Source: Candidatus Tenderia sp. (GTDB lineage: Bacteria; Pseudomonadota; Gammaproteobacteria; Tenderiales; Tenderiaceae). From it: a stretch of 11,184 nucleotides of DNA. Positions within the stretch are counted from its first letter, which is position 1. Each line of letters starts with the position of its first letter. The DNA lies in assembly GCA_031416075.1 (NCBI GenBank), contig JANOSY010000030.1, forward strand, positions 1 through 11,184, written 5' to 3'. Shown here in pieces: positions 1 through 8,289 of this stretch. Under the pieces are notes generated by a model. That model was not told where the DNA came from. It searched no databases and saw only the letters and a list, made by a program, of their open reading frames with translations. The position numbers and the translations under genes were made by a program.

Positions 1-61
1 CAAAAGTTTCTAGGTGAACCGTGGTGAACAGGGATTCTTGAGTGATATCTGCGCCACGCAT
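1..61 (-). CDS. IS5-family transposase, N-terminal 20 codons (partial, runs off the window)
   Basis: Manual translation from ATG at 61: MRGADITQESLFTTVHLETF(V), matching my recollection of the 'MRG.D..Q.SLF....LE.FVP.DHPLR' start of IS5/DUF772 transposases. Confidence 0.85.
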   Translation of the reverse strand, partial: MRGADITQESLFTTVHLETF

Positions 62-141
62 TTTTGGATCTTGGGTTGGAGATTATCGGTGTCGGTAGTT
101 TACAGGGGCCAATGATGGCGCGGTAGTTTTTCAACAGCCTG
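1..141 (-). mobile_element. Left end of an IS5-family (DUF772-type) insertion sequence; continues beyond the window start
   Basis: Minus strand reads CTAA|CAGGCTGTTGAAAAA...; putative terminal IR at 127-141, next to a YTAR-type target (TTAG at 142-145 on +). About 80 nt inside is an ATG starting a transposase-like N-terminus. It interrupts the corB/yfjD ORF. Confidence 0.85.
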
Positions 142-649
142 TTAGATGCTGCATTGCACCAGCCTTTGGGGAGACACCGATCATTTTTAATACTGCGTTG
201 GCAATAGTATTGACGAACCAGACGAGTGGATAACTGATTGTCAGGAGTGGTTCCAGAACATAGGCGGCTGGAAAGGCGATACGTTCTGGATGAAGCACGG
301 CCAGGGTTTTGGGGCCCACTTCAGCAAAAATCAGGATGACGAAAGTTAAAATGCCTGTGGCAATTGCGATGCCAGACTCTCCCCATAGCTGTAGCGCAAT
401 CAGTGTGGCGATGGATGAGGCAAGAATGTTGACAAAATTATTGCCTATTAAAATCAATCCTATCAGCCTGTCAGGACGATTGAGCAGGCGCTGAGCGCGA
501 ATAGCACCAGGGTGTTTGGCGGCGACAAGGTGACGCAGGCGGTAACGGTTGAGGCTCACCATGGCTGTCTCTGAAGCCGAGAAGCAGGCGGAGAGAATGA
601 TGCAAACGGCTAAAACCGTACCAAGAGTGGTGAGGGATATCTCGTCCAT
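131..649 (-). pseudogene. corB: CorB/YfjD (CNNM/DUF21, HlyC/CorC family) Mg2+/Co2+ transporter, 5' fragment truncated by IS insertion
   Basis: DUF21 motifs SACFSASETA, LIGNNFVNI and FAEVGPKTLA; usual position downstream of ypjD. Only 172 aa versus about 420 aa for intact homologues; no CBS pair or CorC domain. The final T-G-C-stop is read from the IS terminal repeat. Confidence 0.85.
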
Positions 650-676
650 AATGATGCTAGATGTCTGTGGAGTTGT

Positions 677-1486
677 TTATGTGGGGTGACCAATGATGAT
701 TTCAAGGACTACTTTGCTGCCAAGGTAGCCTAATGCCATAACCGCAAAACCACTTAAGGTCCAGCGGATTGCGGTGCGCCCACGCCAACCAAATTTCCAA
801 CGTCCCCACAGCAATATGCCAAAGACCATCCAGGCGATGACGGTGAGCACGGTTTTGTGTACCAGATGTTGCGCGAGCATATTTTCCAGAAAGATGAAAC
901 CTGTCAGGAGCGAGAGGCTTTGTAATGTAAAGCCCAGCGCAATCATCTGGAAGAGCATTGTCTCCATGCTCTGCAAGGGGGGGAGTGCACGAATGAAGCC
1001 ACCAGGCCGTTTATTACGCAAATGACGATCCTGTATGGTGAGCAGTATCGCTTGGACAGCAGCAATGCTGAGCAGGCTGTAGGCGGCCACTGATATGATG
1101 ATGTGGATTTCGAGCGGGGTGTTGACCACCTCAGTGATATGCCCAGCCCCCAAGCTGCTTTTTAAGCCGATAGCCAATGCTGTGCTGGGGAAGACAAAAA
1201 TCCCCAGGTTTTCCACCGCCCCCTTGATGGCGAGCAACATCAGAATTAAGCTTATTAGCCATGTCAGCAGTGATATGGTGTTGAATATGGAGAGATCCAG
1301 CCCATCTGCAGTGAATAGGTATTGTGACAGCATCCAAGCGTGCAGGGATGCTGCAACAGCTGCTGGTGCGAGTGCCTTCCATTTGCTGGCAATGGTTGTG
1401 TCGCGATTACGCAACCTGAGTACAAGCAGTACTGTTGTGATCAGATAGAGGGCGATTGTAAAGAGGCCGATAACTACGGTGTGCAT
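677..1486 (-). CDS. ypjD: Inner membrane protein YpjD, cytochrome c assembly protein (CcsA/CcmC-like) family
   Basis: 269 aa polytopic membrane protein with LPPLQSME, HKTVL, GWRGR and LGYLGSK motifs; conserved position between yfjD and ffh. Confidence 0.9.
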   Translation of the reverse strand: MHTVVIGLFTIALYLITTVLLVLRLRNRDTTIASKWKALAPAAVAASLHAWMLSQYLFTADGLDLSIFNTISLLTWLISLILMLLAIKGAVENLGIFVFPSTALAIGLKSSLGAGHITEVVNTPLEIHIIISVAAYSLLSIAAVQAILLTIQDRHLRNKRPGGFIRALPPLQSMETMLFQMIALGFTLQSLSLLTGFIFLENMLAQHLVHKTVLTVIAWMVFGILLWGRWKFGWRGRTAIRWTLSGFAVMALGYLGSKVVLEIIIGHPT

Positions 1487-1646
1487 TATTTGTGCTTGGC
1501 TTTAAAAAGGGTAATGATGGCATAGATGGCGTTTAGGTTGAAGAGGAATATGGAGTTGCTGATGAATCATCTTAAAAATGGTGATAGCAACGCATAGTGT
1601 GGAACCGTCTAAAGAAAACCAGGATTGGTACGACAACCTCCATAAT

Positions 1647-2414
1647 ATGAAAATACGGATATTAGGCTGCAGCGGGGGAATCGGTAGAGGATTAAGGACA
1701 ACCTCTTTGCTGGTGGATGATGACGTATTAATAGATGCAGGCAGTGGTTTGGGTGATCTAACCTTGGACGAAATGGCCAAAATCCGCCACGTTTTTTTGA
1801 CACATACCCATCTTGATCACATAGCATTTTTACCGCTCCTGGTGGATAGTATCTTTGATCGTATCACCGACCCGATTGTTGTTCATGGCCAGCCTGAGAC
1901 GATTAAAGGGTTGAAGGAGCATCTGTTCAATTGGGTTATTTGGCCCGATTTTGCCAGGTTGCCGCTCGAAGAGCGCCCCGTGATGCGCTATCAAATAGAG
2001 CCTGTGGGCTCAACCTGCAATCTGGCGGGTCGTCGTTTTGAGCTGATCCCCGTTAACCATATCGTGCCCACTGTGGGTTATCGGGTAGAGTCCCCAGAGG
2101 GTAAATCCTTTGCTTTTTCCGGTGATACCACGACTAATGATAGCTTTTGGGCCGCTTTGAACGCCCATGACCATCTGGACCTGCTGTTTCTTGAGGTGGC
2201 TTTTAGTAACGATGACGAGGCGTTGAGCCGCACCGCCAGGCACTACTGCTCCAACTCCATGGCTGCGGATATCGCCAAGCTAAAACATCAGCCTCAAGTC
2301 TACCTGACGCACCACAAACCCAGTGAAGGCAAACAGATCTACCGGGAGGTCAAGGGTCTGATCAAAGATCGCTGTATTAAACAACTGAAGAATAATCTCA
2401 CCTTCACGCTATAA
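1647..2414 (+). CDS. MBL-fold metallohydrolase, probable class II 3',5'-cyclic-nucleotide phosphodiesterase
   Basis: MKIRILGCSGG start (ATG 1647 preferred over 1578), LIDAGSG, THTHLDH metal-binding motif (HxHLDH as in class II PDEs), FNWVIWPDF, VNH.VP, FSGDT, YLTHHKP. Confidence 0.85.
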   Translation: MKIRILGCSGGIGRGLRTTSLLVDDDVLIDAGSGLGDLTLDEMAKIRHVFLTHTHLDHIAFLPLLVDSIFDRITDPIVVHGQPETIKGLKEHLFNWVIWPDFARLPLEERPVMRYQIEPVGSTCNLAGRRFELIPVNHIVPTVGYRVESPEGKSFAFSGDTTTNDSFWAALNAHDHLDLLFLEVAFSNDDEALSRTARHYCSNSMAADIAKLKHQPQVYLTHHKPSEGKQIYREVKGLIKDRCIKQLKNNLTFTL

Positions 2415-2415
2415 T
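2410..2415 (+). promoter_or_regulatory. Candidate sigma70 -10 element (TATAAT) for ffh
   Basis: Perfect TATAAT ending 37 nt upstream of the ffh ATG and overlapping the PDE stop codon; no convincing -35. Confidence 0.45.
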
Positions 2416-2452
2416 GGTCCCCTTTCGAGCCACTAATCGTTAGGTCAGCCCC

Positions 2453-3814
2453 ATGTTTGATAATTTAACGGAACGTTTGGCGCGCACGGTTCGCGAAATG
2501 CGCGGCCTTGGGCGTTTGACGGAAGATAATATTAAAGATGCCCTGCGCGAGGTGCGTATGGCGCTGCTGGAGGCGGATGTCTCGCTACCGGTGGTGCGGC
2601 AGTTTGTTGATCAGGTAAAAGAGCGCGCCATGGGGCAGGAGGTGATGAAGAGTCTCACCCCAGGCCAAGCCTTTATCAAGGTTGTGCAGAATACCCTGGT
2701 AGAGATCATGGGTGAGGCCAACGAAGAGTTGGCCCTGAATGCCGCCCCGCCAGCGGTGGTATTGATGGCCGGTTTGCAGGGGTCGGGCAAAACCACCACG
2801 GTCGCCAAGTTATCACGCTGGTTAAAAGAGCGTAAAAAAAAGACGGTGATGGTAGTCAGCTGCGACATCTACCGTCCGGCAGCTATTGATCAGCTGGAGA
2901 CTTTGGCTTCTGAAGTGGGCGTTAGCTTTTTCCCTAGCAACCCGCAGCAAGATCCGATTGATATCGTCAAGGCGGCCCTTGACCACGCACGTAAGCAGTT
3001 TATTGATGTGGTTATAGTGGATACCGCTGGCCGCCTCCATATTGACGACGAGATGATGGCAGAGATCAAACGTCTTCATGCCGCCATCAAACCGATTGAG
3101 ACGCTGTTTGTGGTTGATAGCATGACCGGTCAGGATGCCGCCAATACCGCCAAAGCCTTTAATGAGGCCCTGCCACTGACCGGGATAATTTTGACCAAAA
3201 CGGACGGTGATGCCCGTGGTGGTGCGGCGCTTTCGATTCGTCAAATCACCGGTAAGCCGATCAAGTTCCTAGGGGTTGGGGAGAAGACTGCCGCCCTGGA
3301 GCCGTTCCATCCTGACCGTCTTGCCTCTCGTATTTTAGGGATGGGGGATGTATTGAGCCTGGTTGAACAGGCAGAACAGGCTATTGATCGTGGTGAGGCT
3401 GAAAAGCTCGCCTTGAAGATGAAAAAGGGCAAGGGCTTTGATCTGGAGGATTTTCGCACCCAACTGCAGCAGATGGGCAAAATGGGCGGTGTTGCCTCGT
3501 TGATGGACAAGTTGCCTGGGGCAGGGGCATTGTCAAAAGAGGCAAAAGTACAGGTGAACGATAAGGAGTTTAATCGCCTCCAAGCCATCATCAGCTCCAT
3601 GACCATGCACGAGCGGCGCAATCCTGATATCATCAAGGGTTCGCGTAAGCGCCGTATTGCAGTGGGCTCCGGCGTTGAGGTTCAAGATGTAAATCGTCTT
3701 TTGAAACAGTTCGCCCAGATGCAAAAGATGATGAAGCAGTTCCAGAAGGGGGGAATGGCGAAGATGATGCGCTCCTTGAAAGGACGTATGCCGCCGGGCA
3801 TGTCCCCCTTTTGA
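2453..3814 (+). CDS. ffh: Signal recognition particle protein Ffh
   Basis: MFDNLTERL start, GLQGSGKTT P-loop, DTAGR, TKTDGDARGG, and a Met-rich M domain with SRKRRIA. Confidence 0.99.
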   Translation: MFDNLTERLARTVREMRGLGRLTEDNIKDALREVRMALLEADVSLPVVRQFVDQVKERAMGQEVMKSLTPGQAFIKVVQNTLVEIMGEANEELALNAAPPAVVLMAGLQGSGKTTTVAKLSRWLKERKKKTVMVVSCDIYRPAAIDQLETLASEVGVSFFPSNPQQDPIDIVKAALDHARKQFIDVVIVDTAGRLHIDDEMMAEIKRLHAAIKPIETLFVVDSMTGQDAANTAKAFNEALPLTGIILTKTDGDARGGAALSIRQITGKPIKFLGVGEKTAALEPFHPDRLASRILGMGDVLSLVEQAEQAIDRGEAEKLALKMKKGKGFDLEDFRTQLQQMGKMGGVASLMDKLPGAGALSKEAKVQVNDKEFNRLQAIISSMTMHERRNPDIIKGSRKRRIAVGSGVEVQDVNRLLKQFAQMQKMMKQFQKGGMAKMMRSLKGRMPPGMSPF

Positions 3815-3835
3815 GCTGATTAGGGTTTTTTAGGG

Positions 3836-3870
3836 TTTCTTTTTTTTTTCGATTCGCGTAAAATACGCGC
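3836..3870 (+). promoter_or_regulatory. Probable sigma70 promoter of the rpsP-rimM-trmD-rplS operon
   Basis: TAAAAT at 3859-3864, weak -35 TTTCTT at 3836-3841 (17 bp spacing), and a GC-rich discriminator ACGCGC typical of stringently controlled ribosomal-protein promoters. Confidence 0.55.
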
Positions 3871-3936
3871 ATTTTTACGGCCTCCCAAATTGGGCAGTCT
3901 GATTATTTTTTAGATTCGACAGAGGATTTAGCTGAG

Positions 3937-4191
3937 ATGGTAACGATTCGTTTAGCTCGTGGTGGTGCCAAAAAGCGTCCCTTTTATCACATCGTGGTAA
4001 CAGATTCCCGCAACCGTCGCGATGGTCGTTATATCGAGCGTGTTGGGTTCTACAACCCGGTTGCTACCGGTCAGGAAGAGAAACTGCGTATTGATCAGGA
4101 GCGTATTGCTTACTGGATCAGCAAAGGTGCGCAGCCTTCTGATCGTGTTGCCAAGCTTGTTAAAGAGCCCGTGGCAGCAGTAGCGGCTTAA
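3937..4191 (+). CDS. rpsP: 30S ribosomal protein S16
   Basis: [41 protein letters not shown]; upstream GAGG RBS. Confidence 0.99.
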   Translation: MVTIRLARGGAKKRPFYHIVVTDSRNRRDGRYIERVGFYNPVATGQEEKLRIDQERIAYWISKGAQPSDRVAKLVKEPVAAVAA

Positions 4192-4246
4192 GTTGTCTTG
4201 TTGATGGGTTTTTATCCCATACAATATTGAATTAAAGGTTCTGCCA

Positions 4247-4762
4247 GTGATGAGTAGTACAACGCAGGATCGAATGGTGGTTGGGAAAATTGTGGGCCTC
4301 TATGGGGTCCACGGTTGGGTGAAGGTCTTTTCACATACTGATCCCAAAGAGAATATCTTCGCCTATGCCCCGTGGTTGGTTCAGATGGGTGGTGAGTGGC
4401 GGCCGACAAAAGTTTTGTTAGGGCGCACTCAGGGTAAGGGGCTGGTAGCGCAACTGGAAGGGTGTGCAGATCGTGAGCAGGCCCGCCTGTTTATTGGTGC
4501 AGAGGTTGCGATACTGAAAAGCCAGCTACCCAAACCAGCAGCGGGGGAGTATTACTGGTCCGACCTGATCGGTTTAGATGTAGTGACATTGGATGGACAG
4601 GTGCTCGGCAAGGTTGATTATCTGCTGGATACAGGGGCCAATGATGTGCTGGTGGTGCAGGGGGAGCGTGAACGTCTGATCCCTTTTGTGCGTGGTCAGT
4701 ATGTACATGAAATCGATCTTGTAGCAGGTACCATAAGGGTTGATTGGGACCCTGAGTTTTAG
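4247..4762 (+). CDS. rimM: Ribosome maturation factor RimM
   Basis: [40 protein letters not shown] and C-terminal VDWDPEF; start may be ATG 4250. Confidence 0.97.
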   Translation: MMSSTTQDRMVVGKIVGLYGVHGWVKVFSHTDPKENIFAYAPWLVQMGGEWRPTKVLLGRTQGKGLVAQLEGCADREQARLFIGAEVAILKSQLPKPAAGEYYWSDLIGLDVVTLDGQVLGKVDYLLDTGANDVLVVQGERERLIPFVRGQYVHEIDLVAGTIRVDWDPEF

Positions 4763-4764
4763 TG

Positions 4765-5511
4765 ATGCGGATTGACGTCATCACGTTATTTCCGCAGATG
4801 GTTTTGGATCTGGTTGGGTATGGTGTGACCGGGCGGGCTCGTGAGAACGACTTGTTTGAACTGGGGACATGGAACCCGAGAGACTACACCCAGGACCGTC
4901 ATCGTACTGTAGATGATCGTCCTTATGGCGGTGGTCCGGGGATGCTGATGATGATAGAGCCGTTGCGTCAGGCAATCCGTGCTGCACGACAGGCCAACCC
5001 GCAGAGTCTGGTGGCCTATATGTCTCCTCAAGGGCGACGACTCGATCAGGGGTTGGCACGTGAGCTGGTGCAGCGCCCGGGATTGATACTGGTGGCGGGG
5101 CGTTATGAAGGCATTGATGAGCGTCTGATTGAGCTGGAAGTCGACGAAGAGTTATCTATCGGCGATTATGTCTTGAGCGGCGGTGAGATGGCCGCAATGG
5201 TTGTGATAGATGCCGTGACCCGACTGTTGCCAGGGGCGTTGGGACATCAGGATTCGGCAGAGCAGGATTCGTTTAGTAATGGTCTGTTGGATTGTCCCCA
5301 TTACACTCGGCCTGAAGTGTATGAAGAGATGCGGGTTCCGCCCGTGTTGTTGAGTGGAGATCACGAGGCCGTGCGTCGTTGGCGGTTGAAGCAGTCTCTT
5401 GGACGGACTTGGTTACGACGACCGGATATTTTGGCAGGCGTTGAGCTGGATAGTGAGCAGCAACGTTTACTGGATGAGTACATATGTGAGCGTGCTGCAC
5501 AGCAGAATTGA
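4765..5511 (+). CDS. trmD: tRNA (guanine37-N1)-methyltransferase TrmD
   Basis: [36 protein letters not shown] and PHYTRP motifs; start at ATG 4765, or GTG 4762 overlapping the rimM stop. Confidence 0.99.
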   Translation: MRIDVITLFPQMVLDLVGYGVTGRARENDLFELGTWNPRDYTQDRHRTVDDRPYGGGPGMLMMIEPLRQAIRAARQANPQSLVAYMSPQGRRLDQGLARELVQRPGLILVAGRYEGIDERLIELEVDEELSIGDYVLSGGEMAAMVVIDAVTRLLPGALGHQDSAEQDSFSNGLLDCPHYTRPEVYEEMRVPPVLLSGDHEAVRRWRLKQSLGRTWLRRPDILAGVELDSEQQRLLDEYICERAAQQN

Positions 5512-5570
5512 GAGTGGGCGGGGTCTCCCGCGCGTGAGTTTTTTAAGATCGTTTAGGTGAGGAAAGTGTC

Positions 5571-5915
5571 ATGAGCAATATCATCGACCAGCTGGAAGCG
5601 GAACAGATGAACCGTGAAGTACCTGTATTTGGCGCAGGCGATACCGTCTCTGTCCAGGTTAAAGTTAAAGAAGGTGAGCGTGAGCGTCTGCAGGTTTTTG
5701 AAGGCATTGTGATTGCCAAGCGTAATCGCGGCTTGAACTCAGCTTTCACCGTCCGTAAGATCTCCCACGGTGAAGGTGTTGAGCGTGTTTTCCAGACCTA
5801 CAGTCCGGTGATTGAATCAATCACTGTGAAGCGTCGTGGTGATGTGCGCCGCGCCAAACTTTACTACCTGCGTGATCTGCAGGGTAAAGCTGCCCGTATT
5901 AAGGAAAAGCTCTGA
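5571..5915 (+). CDS. rplS: 50S ribosomal protein L19
   Basis: [39 protein letters not shown] and RRAKLYYLR motifs; GAGG RBS. Confidence 0.99.
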   Translation: MSNIIDQLEAEQMNREVPVFGAGDTVSVQVKVKEGERERLQVFEGIVIAKRNRGLNSAFTVRKISHGEGVERVFQTYSPVIESITVKRRGDVRRAKLYYLRDLQGKAARIKEKL

Positions 5916-5946
5916 TCTTAGCTCTGTTGAGCAGATCGGCCGTGAA

Positions 5947-5990
5947 CAGAGAGGCGCCAAACCAGTCAGCTGGGTTGTGCGCCTCTTCTG
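5947..5990 (+). terminator. Stem-loop after rplS; probable terminator or mRNA 3'-stabilising hairpin
   Basis: AGAGGCGC (5950-5957) pairs with GCGCCTCT (5979-5986), extended by an imperfect inner stem CAAACCAG/CTGGGTTG; the U-tract is poor (TCTTCTG). Confidence 0.55.
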
Positions 5991-5995
5991 CATTG

Positions 5996-7762
5996 ATGCC
6001 CCGCTACTATTGTGGCCCGGCGCTGCTATTGGTTTTATCACTCCTGCCATTTTCTGCCATGGCCCAAGTTTCTATTGAACCTGAACTGAATGAGCTGAAT
6101 GAACTGAATGCTTTGGCGCAGACGGGCATGGCCGATTTTAGTTTGGCGCTGCTGGAACGGGAACAGCCATCTCTGGAGAGTGATCCTGATGGTTGGATGG
6201 AGTGGCAGCAGCAGCGGATGGCGACGTTAGGTGAGCAGGGTCAATGGCCGGAGATTATTGGCGAGTATGAGGGACTCGCCTCTGAGGCCCCTGCGGCCTA
6301 TCGCCTGTGGTTGCGTTTGCGTGTGGTTGAGGCCTACTTGGCACAAGCAGATGGTGAGTCTGCCCGTGATCTGTTGTTGCCGCTGATCTGGGATGAGAGT
6401 GGTAGTGATAGTGACGGCTTGGCAGAGCTGCGTCGTCTGGTGATTCTGAGTTATCTGGTTGAGGGGCGTCAAAGCGATGCCCACAGTGCCATGGTGCGTT
6501 ATGAGCAGGACTATAGTCATGGTGCTGATCATCCGGGATGGCGTGCTATTAAGGCGCGTGTTTTGATTGCTGAAGGTCAGTTTGATGAAGCGGCGTTGCT
6601 GACTGCCGTGAGTGAGTCCGTGGAAGGGAAGGCGGTTTATGTATTGGCGCTGCTTAAAGGCAGTGCCGCAATGGATCAGCAGCTTGCCGATGAGACTGTT
6701 GTGGTGTTGAGAAACATGCGGCTTGACCGGCCGTTGCGTCAGGAGCTGTTTGTGGCGGCCCTTGAGAAGGTGAGCACGCTGCGTGAGTGGGCCGACCGAG
6801 TTGTAATATTGCAGCGGATGCTGGCTGTGACGGTAGTGGGTGATGCACGTACCGGTATTGCGGTAGATGCCCTTTGGCATGCCTATAGTGAACATGGTCA
6901 GGAGGTGGCAAATCGCCTGCAGCTGTTAATGGGGGATTTTGCATCGTGGTTTGAGGCCGCCGCTTCGCTCCGTTCAACATCGCAGCTACAGGCGAGTGCA
7001 CTTTATGTATGGTTGGCGTTGAATCTGAAAGACGATGCGCTGAAGGCGAAGGCTCATGAGGAGTTTGCTGCCTTGGTGCGGTTACAGCCGCAGGGTGATC
7101 AGTTGTTGCGGGCGCTTTATCTCTCCTCATCTCAATACACTGATATTAAAGGGCTGCCTCTGGCTGTTATCTACCCATTGATTGATATGGCGCTGGATGA
7201 GTCTGATCTCGCCTTGGCGGCGCGGTTGATAAATCAGCTGGATGCGCCTAACGGGGTGGATCTGCTGGAATGGCAGCTGCGTCAGGCACGGCTGCAGATC
7301 TTGACGGGTTCGGCCAGCGCGGGCACGGAGCTGTTACGGCAACTGGTGAACAGCCAGTCATTGAGTAATAGGCAGGTTGATTATCTGTTAAGTGCGGTGT
7401 TCGATCTGCAAAATGGCAACCATCATGGGATGGCGTACGAGCTGCTAAGCACATTGCTGCCTAAATTGCCTGATCTGGAAAAACATCGGCAGATGCTTTA
7501 CTGGATGGCCGATTCGCGTATGGCCCAGGGCGACCCCCTGGAGGCGGCCCGGCTCTATCTTCGTTCTGCAATGTTGATGGGGGTCGAGATGCAGGATGAG
7601 TGGGCGCAGGCGGCCCGTTTTCAGGCGGCAGAGGCGTTGATAGAAGCAGGTGTGGTGGCTGATGGTGTGATGATCTACCGCTCTTTATTGCCATTGACTG
7701 AGAACCCGGTGCGGCGTGGTCAGTTGCAACGTGAGATTCAACGCCACTCGGCACCACAGTAA
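5996..7762 (+). CDS. Secreted alpha-helical TPR-like hypothetical protein
   Basis: Long ORF; ATG 5996 gives a Sec signal peptide (MPRYYCGPALLLVLSLLPFSAMA|Q). Ala/Leu-rich helical repeats such as YWMADSRMAQGDPLEAARLY and ARFQAAEALIEAG. The alternative TTG 5927 start runs through the hairpin. Confidence 0.75.
   Translation: MPRYYCGPALLLVLSLLPFSAMAQVSIEPELNELNELNALAQTGMADFSLALLEREQPSLESDPDGWMEWQQQRMATLGEQGQWPEIIGEYEGLASEAPAAYRLWLRLRVVEAYLAQADGESARDLLLPLIWDESGSDSDGLAELRRLVILSYLVEGRQSDAHSAMVRYEQDYSHGADHPGWRAIKARVLIAEGQFDEAALLTAVSESVEGKAVYVLALLKGSAAMDQQLADETVVVLRNMRLDRPLRQELFVAALEKVSTLREWADRVVILQRMLAVTVVGDARTGIAVDALWHAYSEHGQEVANRLQLLMGDFASWFEAAASLRSTSQLQASALYVWLALNLKDDALKAKAHEEFAALVRLQPQGDQLLRALYLSSSQYTDIKGLPLAVIYPLIDMALDESDLALAARLINQLDAPNGVDLLEWQLRQARLQILTGSASAGTELLRQLVNSQSLSNRQVDYLLSAVFDLQNGNHHGMAYELLSTLLPKLPDLEKHRQMLYWMADSRMAQGDPLEAARLYLRSAMLMGVEMQDEWAQAARFQAAEALIEAGVVADGVMIYRSLLPLTENPVRRGQLQREIQRHSAPQ
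6083..6109 (+). repeat. In-frame 9-bp tandem repeat x3, GA(A/G)CTGAAT, encoding ELN-ELN-ELN
   Basis: GAACTGAAT GAGCTGAAT GAACTGAAT read directly. Confidence 0.85.
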
Positions 7763-7767
7763 ACGGT

Positions 7768-8289
7768 ATGGCTGATATGTCGCTGTCCGGCACGGTTATC
7801 ACTGATCAAGCGGTTGTCACCAGCGCAATCCCGGGGTGTAATCTGGCGCTTAAGTTCTCTGGTGAGCAGCTTGCCGAGCTTGTTTTTGTTCCTGATACAT
7901 GCCCGCTGGTAACGGCTGAAACCGACGCCGCAGCCTACCTTCTGGCCCAGCTTGATCTCTATTTCCGTAATCCGAACTGGCACTTTGATCTGTCGCTACT
8001 CCCCCAGGGAACCGAGTTTCAGCGCCGTGTATGGCAGGCCTTGCGTGAGATCCCTGTGGGAACCACGGTGACCTATGGTCAGCTGGCATGGCGTCTGGAG
8101 TCATCGGCACGTGCGGTAGGTGGTGCCTGCCGTAATAATCCGGTGGCGCTTGTGGTGCCGTGCCATCGGGTGGTGGCGGCGACCGGCATAGGGGGTTTTA
8201 TGGGACAGCGTGATGGGCAGCAGATCGATGTGAAGGCGTGGCTGCTGGGTCATGAACTTAAGGGTGTAGTGCACCATGCCGCGGAGTGA
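7768..8289 (+). CDS. ogt: Methylated-DNA-[protein]-cysteine S-methyltransferase
   Basis: GTEFQRRVWQAL, IPVGTTVTYGQLA, ARAVGGAC, active-site PCHRVV, and C-terminal K.WLL.HE. Confidence 0.95.
   Translation: MADMSLSGTVITDQAVVTSAIPGCNLALKFSGEQLAELVFVPDTCPLVTAETDAAAYLLAQLDLYFRNPNWHFDLSLLPQGTEFQRRVWQALREIPVGTTVTYGQLAWRLESSARAVGGACRNNPVALVVPCHRVVAATGIGGFMGQRDGQQIDVKAWLLGHELKGVVHHAAE

Noticed and set aside
1578-1646. N-terminal extension of the PDE, and similarly the 5927 and 10892 starts in the ORF track
   Set aside because: Family-typical N-termini, signal peptides or RBS positions favour ATG 1647, 5996 and 10841.
5512-5545. Terminator or attenuator between trmD and rplS (GCGGG-GTCT-CCCGC, later T6)
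   Set aside because: Stem is only 5 bp and the T-run is separated from it by about 7 nt; insufficient support.
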